Source of the DNA: Ignavibacteriota bacterium
Lineage (GTDB): Bacteria; Bacteroidota; Ignavibacteria; UBA10030
NCBI GenBank assembly: GCA_963727825.1
Contig: CAVSHO010000009.1
Location: 352,001 to 416,000, forward strand
DNA length: 64,000 nt
Reading direction: 5' to 3'
The notes beneath the pieces were generated by a model. That model saw only the letters and a list, made by a program, of their open reading frames with translations, was not told the origin of the DNA and made no database searches. Below are positions 40,483 to 51,308 of the stretch, piece after piece; within the stretch, counting starts at the first letter, position 1, and every line of letters starts with the position of its first letter. The position numbers and the translations under genes were made by a program.

Positions 40483-40677
40483 TTATCCTAAAAGCTCCTT
40501 CTCGTTGCACTTACAGATCTGCACCCGTTGTCGGTTGAATTTATAGGACCCATGCGCTGAACGCACCGATTGTACATAGAGTGTTGGTGTTTTAGTAGTG
40601 CCGCACTTTGGGCACTTCACCCCTTTTTCCTGTGCGGCTTTTCTTGCTTTTTCAGCAAAGTCAGTTTGTTTTGCCAT
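40483..40677 (-). CDS. Small basic Zn-ribbon-like protein
   Basis: 64 aa, GGAG RBS, CPKC...CKC, fills the gap in a co-oriented operon. Confidence 0.65.
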   Translation of the reverse strand: MAKQTDFAEKARKAAQEKGVKCPKCGTTKTPTLYVQSVRSAHGSYKFNRQRVQICKCNEKELLG

Positions 40678-40712
40678 TTACATCTCCAAAAAAAGAATTA
40701 TTGTCTTGTTAT

Positions 40713-42695
40713 TTAATATACTCTTACAATATTGCCGCCCGCCTCGATTGCTTTGCGAAGAACGCGATCTGCATTCTCCAACAATTCAACGTCAGACGCT
40801 TCTTCCAGGGCGCCGGCAACACCAACGCTGATTGTAATTGAAAAACTTTTATTTTCTATATTGAGAATGTTGCTGGCAACATTCTTACGGATTTTTTCCG
40901 CCCATAGCGAAGCCTCATTCGATGTCGTGTGAACAAGAACCACAACAAAACAATTGAAATCGAACCTACCGACAACATCGTATGGACGGATGGAAACTTT
41001 TACCATTCGGCTTACATTCTGCAGGATAAAATCAAACGCTTCCTTTCCATACCGCGTGATATGCTCATCCATCCGGTCGATGGAAATCATTACCAGCGAT
41101 AATTCATTTGAGAAATCATTAGCACGCTGTACTTCTTCTTGTAAGCGCCCTATAAAACTCTTACGTGTTGCTACGCCAGTGGTTTCATCAAGCGAGACGT
41201 AGTTATTCATAACATCTGTCAAACTAAGGATCTCAAGAGCCCAAGATGAAGTCTCGGTAAGCTTTTGAACAAGTTTTACATCAGCGTCGGAATAAGTCTT
41301 TGGGTCTTTGCTTTCGACCAACAGAGCACCATAACATCGACTCAACGAATTGAGCGGTATAATCATTAAGGCACCTTTCGAGTCGCATCGTTCTGCTTGA
41401 TAAAACCGCGGCATTGATGTCGTCGAAATTTCATCTATGATTTTGGGAATCCCCGCTTGAATCACACTGGCTACTATACTTTGCTGGGCGTCAAGTTCGC
41501 ACATCAGCGAAACATACGGATCGTTCATTCGATTCAAAAGATAATGAACAATCCATGATTTTCGGCTATCATCAAATAAGACCACCGCAACATAATCCCA
41601 CGGAATAAGTCTAGACACTTCTTCAGCAAGCGACCGCGTAATTGAATGAGCATCAAATTCCATGCTCAATTGTTCGCGTACACGATTGATCGATCTTAAA
41701 ACTTCAGAATCCAATAACAGATCATATTTTGAAGTATAACTGCGAATGAGTGTGGAAACCAATTTCGCTATTTGAGCGAGTGAAGTGATTGTTTCGTTAC
41801 CATAGGCATCGGCCTCTAAGCAATCCAATATAAGAACCGCAACCGGATCCTGTGATGCACCACTATAAAATATTGGAATGCCGACAAATGTTTTTACCGC
41901 TTCGATTGTTTCATAATACGGCAGAATATCACTTTGCCCCAGAGCATTTACATAGTTGACGATTTGTGGCCTTCCACTTATGGCAATTTGACTTACCAAA
42001 TCAGAACCGAAAGACAGTCGTCTGTTCTTCATGAATTGCGCGCTATCAGATAGATGGCTTTCAAGCACCAACTGCTGTTTTTCCCTATTTATCCAGAACA
42101 GGGCAACAGTATAAGCAAAATGCACATCCTTCACAACACTCAATAGGCGTTGGATCAGCGTATTAAATTCTGCACGAGGTCCATCCTCCGTTTGTCCGCT
42201 ACCGTCCGGAGCGTCAATGAATTCGTTCAAGTCAAATACCGTTGTCGTTGATATTTCTGATTCTGGGGCTTTTTTTTCCGAAGCCATACTGTCTCTTTCA
42301 AGGAGTACTGGTTGGGAAGATTCCGGCTCGTCGATAAAATCAATTTTGTATTGTTTGCCGGAAGCTTGATAATCATCAAAAACAAGTTTCTTCATTTGAT
42401 TGTCACGCTCCTCTTCTTCTGTGAGAGAATGACTACTTTCCTCTGCTTGTGCAGCAAGTCCTTTGCGTTTTCCTGTTCTCACAATCACATAAGCAATCGA
42501 TGCTCCGAAAAGTAGAAAGAGCATTATCTTCACAAACACGACTGAGAGAGCAAGTCCCCCTAAAAATGAAACGACGCCCACCATCACAATTAATTCTTCC
42601 GCAAACGTTAAACGATGCATTAAGGAAAAAATTGAGTTGAAACTTCGGGCGTCAGTCATTTCATCGATTATAGGACGTTTTATAGTTGCCCACAA
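40713..42695 (-). CDS. Membrane-anchored GAF-GAF-degenerate GGDEF protein
   Basis: Two N-terminal TM segments, two GAF-like regions, DETTGVATR, RPYD I-site, and FDFNCF in place of GGDEF. Confidence 0.85.
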   Translation of the reverse strand: MWATIKRPIIDEMTDARSFNSIFSLMHRLTFAEELIVMVGVVSFLGGLALSVVFVKIMLFLLFGASIAYVIVRTGKRKGLAAQAEESSHSLTEEEERDNQMKKLVFDDYQASGKQYKIDFIDEPESSQPVLLERDSMASEKKAPESEISTTTVFDLNEFIDAPDGSGQTEDGPRAEFNTLIQRLLSVVKDVHFAYTVALFWINREKQQLVLESHLSDSAQFMKNRRLSFGSDLVSQIAISGRPQIVNYVNALGQSDILPYYETIEAVKTFVGIPIFYSGASQDPVAVLILDCLEADAYGNETITSLAQIAKLVSTLIRSYTSKYDLLLDSEVLRSINRVREQLSMEFDAHSITRSLAEEVSRLIPWDYVAVVLFDDSRKSWIVHYLLNRMNDPYVSLMCELDAQQSIVASVIQAGIPKIIDEISTTSMPRFYQAERCDSKGALMIIPLNSLSRCYGALLVESKDPKTYSDADVKLVQKLTETSSWALEILSLTDVMNNYVSLDETTGVATRKSFIGRLQEEVQRANDFSNELSLVMISIDRMDEHITRYGKEAFDFILQNVSRMVKVSIRPYDVVGRFDFNCFVVVLVHTTSNEASLWAEKIRKNVASNILNIENKSFSITISVGVAGALEEASDVELLENADRVLRKAIEAGGNIVRVY

Positions 42696-42890
42696 ATTGC
42701 ATTAAATTTACCTGTTTTGTGTCGAAAAGTCAATTAATCATATCAATATTAATAATTTCCATATTTTAAAACCTAACTAAATTTCTCGCTTTGATTTTAG
42801 AATTGCCTATGCTTGCAGCAGTATCTTTTTTTGCATAACTTTTTATAATTAAGTTATTTCTATCTCGTATCCAAGAATCGAAAGCTCTCA

Positions 42891-45404
42891 ATGAAAGCTG
42901 TCATCATGGCTGGAGGGTTTGGGACGCGATTGCGGCCGCTCACTAGCAACATTCCCAAACCGATGGTTCCAATGGTCAATAAACCCATTATGGAACATAT
43001 CGTTGAATTACTAAGAAATCATGGTATTATTGATATCGTTTCTACTCTCTTCTATCAACCTGATGCAATCACTGGCTATTTCGGCCATGGCGGCACCTTT
43101 GGCACAAAGATGCAATATCGGAAAGCGGAAGCCGATTATGGAACAGCAGGCAGTGTCCGCAATGCAAATGACTTCTTGGACGAGAGATTTTTAGTTATCA
43201 GTGGGGATGTTCTTACCGATTTCGACTTGACTGCAGCGATTCGTTTCCACGAAGAAAAAAAAGCGAAAGCTACAATGTTGCTAACGCGCGTTTCCAATCC
43301 GCTTCAATACGGCGTTGTTCTAACTAATGCAGACGGAAAAATAACGCGATTCCTTGAAAAACCTTCGTGGGGTGAAGTATTCAGCGATACAATCAACACT
43401 GGAATTTACATTCTTGAACCCGAAGTGCTGGATCTTGTACCCGAAAAGCAAGAATTTGACTTTGGAAAAAAACTTTTCCCACTTCTCTTGGATCGTGATC
43501 TTGGATTGTACGGCTTTATCGCCCAAGGATATTGGAAAGACATCGGCAGTTTAAATGAGTATCAAGATGCTCATATGGATGTTCTTCGAGGCGATGTAAA
43601 ACTTCAGATTGATGGAGTAAAAAAAGGAAATCTAACCGTTGGAGAAGGTACGACCATTGACGCAGAACCTCACCATCTCACAGGTACAAGCGTTATAGGG
43701 AAGAACTGCCATATCCATAACGGCGCAGTAATTAGTAATGCTATCATCGGCGACAATTGTGAAATCTTCCCCGGTGTCGTTATCCGAAATTCCATCATTT
43801 GGAAAAATTGCAAAATTGGTGCTCGTTCTGAATTGACGCTTGACGTAGTTGGAAACGACTGTATCATTAATGATGATGTAGTAATTCTCGAAAATGTTTT
43901 TATCGGTGATTCATGCACAATAGGCAAACGGAGTAAGCTTCTTTCCAACATTAAGATTTGGCCAGAAAAGGATATCGAAGATGGCTCCATCGTAACCAGG
44001 AGTTTGGTATGGGAAGATCGATGGTTGCGTGAATTGTTTACCGATGCACGTATCAGTGGTATTTCCAACCTTGAGATCAGTCCGGAATTTGGGGCCAAAT
44101 TAGGAGCGGCGTTCGGTGCTTTTGTTGGTTTAGGTTCAACGGTAGTTACCAGCCGCGATGCCGATAATGTCTCCCGTATGATAAACCGTGCAATTATGTC
44201 CGGCATCATGTCCGCCGGCGTTCATTGCATAGATTTGCGTACGACTTCAATTCCAATAGTCCGGCACGAATTGCGAACCGGAAAAGAACGTGGCGGGTTT
44301 CACGTTCGCAAATCTCCATTCGATAAAAACAGCACGGACATTATTTTCTTTGATGCACAAGGCAAGGATTTGCCATCAAGTAAAACGAAATCGATAGAGC
44401 GCCTTTTCTTCGGCGAAGATTTTAGCCGTGCACACCACGATCAAGTCGGTTCTATCTCTTTCCCGGAACGCACGACGGAAAGTTACATCCAACGTTTTTT
44501 AGAAACGCTTGACACAGAGGCAATCCATTCTTCAAAACTTAAATTGGTGATCGATTACTCTAATGGGATATCTTCCACAATCTTCCCAAACATCCTTGGT
44601 AATTTAGATGTGCAGGTTGTAGCGCTAAACGCATATTTGGATAGCCGTAAGAATACACGGACAAAAGAAGAGCTCGATGCTTCGCTTCGGCAGCTTGCAT
44701 ACGTGGTCACTTCATTAAAATATGACATAGGTTGTATGCTAGATGCCGGGGCAGAAAAAATGTTTATCATTGATGAACATGGCTCCATCATCGACAGTGA
44801 CCGTTTACTGACACTGATGTTGAAGTTTTACGCACTTACTGAAAAAAATGCGTCAAAAATTGCAGTACCGATTTCAGCAAGCGGCGAAGTGGATATCATC
44901 GCTGCAGAATTCAATTTGCGGGTTTTAAAAACGCGGGACAACCATCTTGCAATGATGGACGCTGCAACTGACAAACAGAATAAATTCGTGGGAGGCACAA
45001 AAGGAGGATTCATTTTCAATGATTTTCTATTTGCCTGCGATGCAATGTATTCAATAACGAAACTGCTTGAATGCATCGCCAAAACGAAAAAGCGGATTGG
45101 CGAACTCGACAACGAAACTCCTCGGCTCCATTTTGTCAAAAAGAACATATCATGCCCTTGGCATGTGAAGGGGCAAATTATGCGAAAGCTGACTGAGGAG
45201 TCAGAGGGAATTCCGCGTGATTTGATTGAGGGAATAAAGCTGTATCCCGTTGACATTGGCAGACATACTTCTATCCTTTTATCCCCCGATCGCGCACGTC
45301 CTATATTCCATATTAACGCGGAATCTGTTGATATTGCTGTGGCACAACGGATTGCAAATGAATACGAATCAAAAATAATAAAATGGATCGACGGTGAGCC
45401 ATAG
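42891..45404 (+). CDS. Mannose-1-phosphate guanylyltransferase / phosphomannomutase-like fusion
   Basis: MAGGFGTRLRPLT...PKPM, GTAG, FLEKP, hexapeptide repeats, then a PGM/PMM-like domain lacking the TASHN motif. Confidence 0.9.
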   Translation: MKAVIMAGGFGTRLRPLTSNIPKPMVPMVNKPIMEHIVELLRNHGIIDIVSTLFYQPDAITGYFGHGGTFGTKMQYRKAEADYGTAGSVRNANDFLDERFLVISGDVLTDFDLTAAIRFHEEKKAKATMLLTRVSNPLQYGVVLTNADGKITRFLEKPSWGEVFSDTINTGIYILEPEVLDLVPEKQEFDFGKKLFPLLLDRDLGLYGFIAQGYWKDIGSLNEYQDAHMDVLRGDVKLQIDGVKKGNLTVGEGTTIDAEPHHLTGTSVIGKNCHIHNGAVISNAIIGDNCEIFPGVVIRNSIIWKNCKIGARSELTLDVVGNDCIINDDVVILENVFIGDSCTIGKRSKLLSNIKIWPEKDIEDGSIVTRSLVWEDRWLRELFTDARISGISNLEISPEFGAKLGAAFGAFVGLGSTVVTSRDADNVSRMINRAIMSGIMSAGVHCIDLRTTSIPIVRHELRTGKERGGFHVRKSPFDKNSTDIIFFDAQGKDLPSSKTKSIERLFFGEDFSRAHHDQVGSISFPERTTESYIQRFLETLDTEAIHSSKLKLVIDYSNGISSTIFPNILGNLDVQVVALNAYLDSRKNTRTKEELDASLRQLAYVVTSLKYDIGCMLDAGAEKMFIIDEHGSIIDSDRLLTLMLKFYALTEKNASKIAVPISASGEVDIIAAEFNLRVLKTRDNHLAMMDAATDKQNKFVGGTKGGFIFNDFLFACDAMYSITKLLECIAKTKKRIGELDNETPRLHFVKKNISCPWHVKGQIMRKLTEESEGIPRDLIEGIKLYPVDIGRHTSILLSPDRARPIFHINAESVDIAVAQRIANEYESKIIKWIDGEP

Positions 45405-45518
45405 TAGGAGTTGTAAATTTATTTGTATTTTGAAAGAAATTCTGCAATCTTTGATATGAATGCCGAGAGAGGTGGAGATCAACTCATCCCTTGCGGATCT
45501 GTAAATTTGGAGATATGA

Positions 45519-45989
45519 ATGAAGATTACCGATATTTTAAATGAAGCGGTCGTGCGAACTAATCTTCCTGGCGGCACAAAGGAAGAAGTAATTAATGCGA
45601 TGATCGAACTGGCCGGCACTCAAAAGCAGGTTGCCGACAAGGAGCGTATGCGTACGGCAATTTTTGAACGAGAAAAAATCATGTCCACCGGTGTTGGTTC
45701 TGGGTTCGCGATCCCGCATGGTAAAACAGATGCTGTCAATGACATTGTTGCAGCTTTCGCAGTTACCACAAAACCCATCGATTATCAGTCGCTTGACGAT
45801 CAACCGGTACGGTTAGTGTTTCTTCTTGTAGGTCGCGACAATATGGTCGGCCCTCACATCAAGCTCCTTAGCCGCATTTCACGTCTGATGAATAAGGAAG
45901 ATTTCCGAAAACGCCTCCTTGAAGCAGAAACTTCAAAAGATATTCTAGAAATTTTTCGTCAGGAAGAGGCAACTATTTCCGAAGGATAA
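45519..45989 (+). CDS. PTS EIIA (fructose/nitrogen-type) domain protein
   Basis: RE..STGVG.G.AIPHG, PIDYQSLDDQPV, HIKLLSRI. Confidence 0.92.
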   Translation: MKITDILNEAVVRTNLPGGTKEEVINAMIELAGTQKQVADKERMRTAIFEREKIMSTGVGSGFAIPHGKTDAVNDIVAAFAVTTKPIDYQSLDDQPVRLVFLLVGRDNMVGPHIKLLSRISRLMNKEDFRKRLLEAETSKDILEIFRQEEATISEG

Positions 45990-46068
45990 ATTCATCAACC
46001 GTGTTTCCACGCTTTATACTGATGTCCTGCTTTTCGATTTACATTGACATTGCAAGAAGGGCTGTATC

Positions 46069-47316
46069 GTGAAATTCCGTTCAATTAAAGGCACTAAAGA
46101 TATTCTGCCAGAAGAAACTGCCGGCTGGCAACATGTAGAATCTGTAATCCACCGCGTGATGCAGAACTTCAATTATCAGGAAATCCGCACACCCGCTTTT
46201 GAACAAACGGGACTGTTCGCCCGCAGCATCGGTGAACTGACCGATATTGTGAGCAAGGAAATGTACACTTTTCTTGATCGTAGCGAAGAAAGTATCACGC
46301 TTCGCCCCGAAGGGACTGCTGCTACACTTCGGGCATACATCCAAAATAACCTTGGTGAACAGTCACCGCTTACAAAAGTGTATTACATAGGACCAATGTT
46401 TCGCCAGGAACGCCCACAAGCTGGACGACTGCGGCAATTTCACCAGTTTGGCGCGGAAGCGCTCGGTGCATCATCACCGCAGCTTGATGTGGAGATGATG
46501 GTGCTGCCGCTTGAAATTTACAAACAGCTTGGCATCATTCACTTTGCACTGAAAATTAATTCGGTTGGATGCGAAAAGTGCCGGCCTCCGTACAAACAAC
46601 TTCTCCAAAAAGAATTACGGAAAATATTTGCACAACTCTCTCACGATAGCCAGATACGCGTAGACCAAAATCCGCTCCGCGTGCTCGATTCCAAGGATGA
46701 GAAAGACAGGAAACTGACTGCCGGAATGCCGCTGATGAATGAACATTTATGCGAAGAATGTGCGGCGCATTTTGCGTCGGTCCGCTCGCTCCTCGATGCG
46801 CTTAAAATTTCTTATGAGGTTGACGGGCGGCTCGTTCGCGGATTAGATTATTATACAAAGACAGCATTCGAAATCACAAGTACCGCACTTGGTTCGCAAG
46901 ATGCACTCGCCGGTGGCGGCAGATACGATTTGCTGGTCGAAGAACTCGGCGGGAAACAAACACCGGGTGTGGGATTCGCTGCCGGCATCGAGCGACTGCT
47001 GATTGTACTTACTAAACTCGACAAGAGTAAAATCATTTCATCTACTCCGGTTATCTATTTCGTTGGATTAGATGAAACTGCGCGTATCTGGGCCTTTCTG
47101 AAAACAAATGAGTTACGGCGCCAAGGTATCTGCACAGAAGTTGATTATTTGGGCAGAAGTGTCAAATCTCAAATGAGGGAAGCTAATCGCCAGAAGGCAC
47201 AGTATGTAGTTGTGGTTGGAGAACAGGAAATGAAAACAAAGACTGCCAAACTGAAAAACATGCACACCGGCGAAGAGACTACTATCTCTCTCGAAAAGAT
47301 CGAGATACCCTCTTGA
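46069..47316 (+). CDS. hisS: Histidine--tRNA ligase
   Basis: LRPEGTA, FRQERPQAGRLRQFHQ, LVRGLDYY, GGGRYD, GFAAGIERL. Confidence 0.98.
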   Translation: MKFRSIKGTKDILPEETAGWQHVESVIHRVMQNFNYQEIRTPAFEQTGLFARSIGELTDIVSKEMYTFLDRSEESITLRPEGTAATLRAYIQNNLGEQSPLTKVYYIGPMFRQERPQAGRLRQFHQFGAEALGASSPQLDVEMMVLPLEIYKQLGIIHFALKINSVGCEKCRPPYKQLLQKELRKIFAQLSHDSQIRVDQNPLRVLDSKDEKDRKLTAGMPLMNEHLCEECAAHFASVRSLLDALKISYEVDGRLVRGLDYYTKTAFEITSTALGSQDALAGGGRYDLLVEELGGKQTPGVGFAAGIERLLIVLTKLDKSKIISSTPVIYFVGLDETARIWAFLKTNELRRQGICTEVDYLGRSVKSQMREANRQKAQYVVVVGEQEMKTKTAKLKNMHTGEETTISLEKIEIPS

Positions 47317-47720
47317 TTATGACAAATAAAAGAAAACGCAATCCAGATTACACGCTTAATATTTTTCACCACTATGACGAGAAGACAAAGCGAAACGTTG
47401 TAGTGTTTCTGGTGCAAACCACAAAAATTTTTGTCAGCTTCCGGTATGAGATTCTGTTAGATCACGAACTTGTCGGTAACCAAATCAATTTGCGAATTAC
47501 AGGTCTGCACATCCCAGAACTGTTAATGCCGCAGACCGGGCCTGCGCAAGGACGATGTGATTATACAAATCTGGATGGATTATACAAAATAAAAATAACT
47601 AAACAGGACAAGACAGTAAATGAATTTTCAATGCAAATTTCACCAACAAAGATCGACATCGTACACAAGCAGAGATCTTCGTTTATTCTTGTCTCTAGCG
47701 ATCCTGTAAATCTTTCATAA
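47313..47720 (+). CDS. Hypothetical beta-rich protein
   Basis: 135-aa ORF overlapping the hisS stop, within a co-oriented operon. Confidence 0.6.
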   Translation: MIMTNKRKRNPDYTLNIFHHYDEKTKRNVVVFLVQTTKIFVSFRYEILLDHELVGNQINLRITGLHIPELLMPQTGPAQGRCDYTNLDGLYKIKITKQDKTVNEFSMQISPTKIDIVHKQRSSFILVSSDPVNLS

Positions 47721-47784
47721 CCATTTTTCATTTATTTTCTTTTAACTTTTTACTTATCACTTTTAACCTTTCATTTGAGTAACT

Positions 47785-48600
47785 ATGTGCCCTCGACTTT
47801 TCCAAATTGGACCATTCACCGTGTATGGCTATGGATTAATGCTTGCCCTCGGTTTCCTTGCAGGCAGTTATCTGCTTGTCAGTGAATTCAAGCGCCGTAA
47901 AATAGACCCAAACATTGCAAATAATGTCACACTCATTGCACTCGTCGCGGGGGTTGTTGGCTCCAAGATCCTCTATCTATTTGAAAATTGGTCTTCTTTT
48001 ATCGCTGATCCTATCGGTATGACATTCAATCCCGGCGGACTGACTTTCTACGGTGGATTTCTGCTTGCCACATTTTCTATTTATGTGTACGGAAGAAGAA
48101 AAGGAATTACATTTCTCACGATCTGTGATGCAATTGCCCCTGGTTTGATGCTCGGTTACGGTATAGGGCGTCTTGGCTGTCACCTTGCCGGTGATGGCGA
48201 TTACGGTTTCCCGACGACACTCCCGTGGGGTACAGATTATTCCAATGGAACTTATCCGCCGTCAGTTGCATTCAGAGATTTTCCGGAAATTACAAGCCGA
48301 TTTCCCGGCGGCATTGTTCCCAATAACATTCCGTGTCATCCAACGCCAGTGTACGAATTCATTATCTGTGCTTTAATGTGCTGGTTTCTCTGGCGCATGC
48401 GGAAGAAAGTAACACCCGCCGGAAAGCTATTTATGATTTACTTGACGTTAGCAGGAATTGAACGATTCGCAATTGAATTTCTGCGTCTAAATCCGAGAAT
48501 AGTTTTAGGCTTGAGCGAAGCACAGATTATTGCATTGGCTTTAATTGCTATTGGATTATTCGGTTGGTGGAGGTTCACAAAAACATTGACAATAAAATAG
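47785..48600 (+). CDS. lgt: Prolipoprotein diacylglyceryl transferase
   Basis: YGLM, GGLTFYGG, GRLGC, HPTPVYE, RFAIEFLR. Confidence 0.95.
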   Translation: MCPRLFQIGPFTVYGYGLMLALGFLAGSYLLVSEFKRRKIDPNIANNVTLIALVAGVVGSKILYLFENWSSFIADPIGMTFNPGGLTFYGGFLLATFSIYVYGRRKGITFLTICDAIAPGLMLGYGIGRLGCHLAGDGDYGFPTTLPWGTDYSNGTYPPSVAFRDFPEITSRFPGGIVPNNIPCHPTPVYEFIICALMCWFLWRMRKKVTPAGKLFMIYLTLAGIERFAIEFLRLNPRIVLGLSEAQIIALALIAIGLFGWWRFTKTLTIK

Positions 48601-48700
48601 TACTGCTTCAAGAAGATCACTATTTGTTTGCGTCCAAGAATATTCAAATTGGAAACTAGCACCATCCCTCAATAATACAATTAATAGAAGTGGCATTAGC

Positions 48701-49456
48701 ATGGACAACCTTATCATCGGCAGACAACCGGTACTGGAAGCGCTCAAATCACGCCAGCCAATCGAACGAATTTTAATTCTCCATGGCACAGCCGGTAGCC
48801 ACATTGATCAGGCAAAACAACTTGCACGAAAACTTGCTATTCCTGTAAAAGAAACAGACAAAGAACGCTTTATCGAATTAGCCGGCAGTACATTAACGCA
48901 GGGTATTATCGCAATCATTGACTCATACCGTTACGCAGAGATTGAGGAAATTCTTGCCGTCGCTAAACAGAAAAATGAACCGCCGTTTATTCTCATACTC
49001 GATGAAATTGAAGATCCGCACAATCTTGGCGCGCTTATTCGCTCTGCAGAATGTGCTGGTATGCATGGTATTATCATTCCGCTTCATAACGCCGCATCGG
49101 TCAATTCTACTGTTGTAAAAACATCAGCCGGAGCAACTGCACATCTTCCAATTTCGCGCGTTACCAATATCGTTCAAACAATAGATGAGCTGAAAAGAGC
49201 CGGAGTATGGATTGTTGGAACCGAAATGGAAAGCGATAAACTTTACTACGAACACGACTATCGCGGTTCGCTTGCTATCGTCATCGGGAATGAAGGAAAT
49301 GGTATTCGTCGGTTAGTCAAAGAGAAATGCGATTTTTTAGTCAAGATTCCGATGCATGGAAAGATTGAATCGCTCAATGCATCTGTGGCAGGAGCGCTGG
49401 TGATGTTTGAGGCGGCTAAGAGCAGGATGCGTAAATCAGTTAAGGAAAATCTGTAG
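48701..49456 (+). CDS. rlmB: 23S rRNA Gm2251 methyltransferase (SpoU family)
   Basis: LDEIEDPHNLGALIRSA, GNEGNG, IPMHGKIESLNASVA. Confidence 0.93.
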   Translation: MDNLIIGRQPVLEALKSRQPIERILILHGTAGSHIDQAKQLARKLAIPVKETDKERFIELAGSTLTQGIIAIIDSYRYAEIEEILAVAKQKNEPPFILILDEIEDPHNLGALIRSAECAGMHGIIIPLHNAASVNSTVVKTSAGATAHLPISRVTNIVQTIDELKRAGVWIVGTEMESDKLYYEHDYRGSLAIVIGNEGNGIRRLVKEKCDFLVKIPMHGKIESLNASVAGALVMFEAAKSRMRKSVKENL

Positions 49457-49588
49457 ATAGAAAAGATTAGCTTGTATATTTGTAATATAATTTTCAAGAC
49501 GGCAACAGGATAGAACATCTTCAACAAACTTTTACACCTCTGTGTAATTTCTTGATAAACCAGCCGACATATTCACCAAAAAAGCATC

Positions 49589-49617
49589 TTGACTAGGCAT
49601 CAAAATGGTTGTATATT
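49589..49617 (+). promoter_or_regulatory. Sigma70-type promoter for tRNA-fMet
   Basis: TTGACT-17nt-TATATT. Confidence 0.65.
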
Positions 49618-49631
49618 AAATGACAAAAGAT

Positions 49632-49688
49632 CGCGGGGTGGAGTCCCGATAATTAAAATTATCGGGAGTAGCTCGTTGGGCTCATAAC
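49632..49688 (+). pseudogene. tRNA-fMet 5' half with a 24-bp palindrome replacing part of the D-loop
   Basis: CGCGGGGTGGAG-[TCCCGATAATTAAAATTATCGGGA]-GTAGCTCGTTGGGCTCATAAC; no T-arm or acceptor 3' strand follows. Confidence 0.8.
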
Positions 49689-49723
49689 GCACGAGAGATA
49701 ACTAATTCGCATTGGTATATGAT

Positions 49724-49796
<73 letters not shown>

Positions 49797-49810
49797 CTTA
49801 GTCCAAAGAA

Positions 49811-49846
49811 GAATCCTCATCAATGAAAATTGGTGAGGATTTTTTT
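49811..49846 (+). terminator. Intrinsic terminator after tRNA-fMet
   Basis: AATCCTCATCAAT-GAAA-ATTGGTGAGGATT followed by a T-run. Confidence 0.8.
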
Positions 49847-50049
49847 GTTTATGTGCAAAACTTTGATGTGCTTTTATTGTTTTTAATACCGGCGCTCATT
49901 CGGTCACCTTGCCTGTCTGCCGCTCCCCTAATCGGGAGCGCCTCGTATATAATGAACTCGATTTTCATTTAATGTAAAGAAGATCTGATCAGTTTATTGA
50001 AAAAGAAGTGTAAAATAAAAAATGTCGTGTGTGCAGATTTTTGGTAAAG

Positions 50050-50493
50050 CTAGGAAGCGGAGAGTTGATATGGATAAACATACACATTAACAACCTGACA
50101 TCTATAATATGGAGATGTTAGAACTTTTTTGATGACCGCAATTTGTTTCGCTGTAACGCCTCCAAATTTTCCAGTCACAGTTACTCGCGCTTCATCAGAG
50201 GAAAGACCACTTAGATTTCTTTCAACAATATATGATGCAGTATCACCACCTGCCAGCACTAAATTATTGACTTTCACTGGGTTGCTTAACCCGCCCGCCC
50301 ACAACGACGTATCTCTCATATTGTAGATAGCATCATTTAGACCGGCAGTTGTGATCATACACGCTTCTGTGTAATAACTTCTTTGATTTCCTACCTGTAT
50401 GATCCTGTTGTTGTTTCCTTGGATCATGAAAGCATAGAAACCAAATACAACACTAAACCCAATTACTAATACAACTTTTACACTCCCATTCAC
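50050..50493 (-). CDS. Hypothetical protein with N-terminal TM helix (PilX/pseudopilin-like layout)
   Basis: Hydrophobic N-terminus, A..I..AGL..AI helix, beta-rich C-terminus (VTVTGKFGG). Confidence 0.5.
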   Translation of the reverse strand: MNGSVKVVLVIGFSVVFGFYAFMIQGNNNRIIQVGNQRSYYTEACMITTAGLNDAIYNMRDTSLWAGGLSNPVKVNNLVLAGGDTASYIVERNLSGLSSDEARVTVTGKFGGVTAKQIAVIKKVLTSPYYRCQVVNVYVYPYQLSAS

Positions 50494-51142
50494 GCTGATT
50501 TATCCTTTAATGTCCTGCAATATTCTTATTGCTTGATTTCTTATGTATAATATGTTCTTTCGCCTCCACATATGCAATCGGGGTTCTCCCCTATTTTGTT
50601 TCTTGGGTGTTTCCACTTAGGAAATGGCGGACAATTTAATTTAGAAGAGTCACAAGTCCCCACAATCTCAATGCAGTCGGCGCAACGTCGAAGCTTAATA
50701 TATAACTTAGTATAGTCAGCAAAAGTTCCCTGATAGTTTCCAATCATAACTTTTGCGCTGCCTTTTTTAGGTAGGTATTAGCATTATATGGGTTTAAATC
50801 GATTCCAACGGTGAGATCTACAAAAGCTCCTGGATAATCTCATAGTTCATACTTACTATTTGCGCTCTTAATCCAATCATTCGCGTTTTTAATTTATCTT
50901 CCAAGTATAAGTTTATTTCAAAGCGAACTAAGTGATCAGCGCTTCGCCAAGAAGACAGCGGACAAGCAAGCAGCGGCATGACCAATTATTGTAATGCATC
51001 CAAGGAAACGGGTTCACGCTACCAACTGAATTATTAAACACCATACCTCTACTCGCAATGTAAATTGCTCTTACGCCTGCCTACACGGGGCAGGCTCATC
51101 TGATAAGTTTGTTACGAAGTGACCACTTCTCACAAAGTGATA

Positions 51143-51261
51143 GAGACTGTGTAAAAAGTCTTTATTGTCACGCTGAGCGTAGCGAAGAGTCTCTTTTTCG
51201 GTTCAGCTTCTTCACTTCGTTCAGAATGACAAGACCCTTTTTCTGGTTTTGACACAAACTC
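51143..51261. mobile_element. MITE-like element containing a REP-type palindrome
   Basis: Imperfect terminal inverted repeats GAGACTGTGTAAAAA / TTTTGACACAAACTC enclosing TGTCACGCTGAGCGTAGCGAAGA...TCTTCACTTCGTTCAGAATGACA. Confidence 0.6.
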
Positions 51262-51308
51262 GATACATTCGGCAGTGGAGCCACGGGCTAGGCAAACTGT
51301 TAATAAAC

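Noticed and set aside
42891-45404. Missing catalytic motifs in the PMM-like domain as a novelty
   Set aside because: A degenerate PMM domain is common in this fusion family.
50541-50747. 68-aa Cys-rich ORF
   Set aside because: No RBS or recognisable motif; cannot be supported as a gene.
50920-51116. Possible long attC-like site (TAAC...GTT on the minus strand)
   Set aside because: Core sites deviate from consensus and pair poorly, and no integrase or clear cassette ORF is present.
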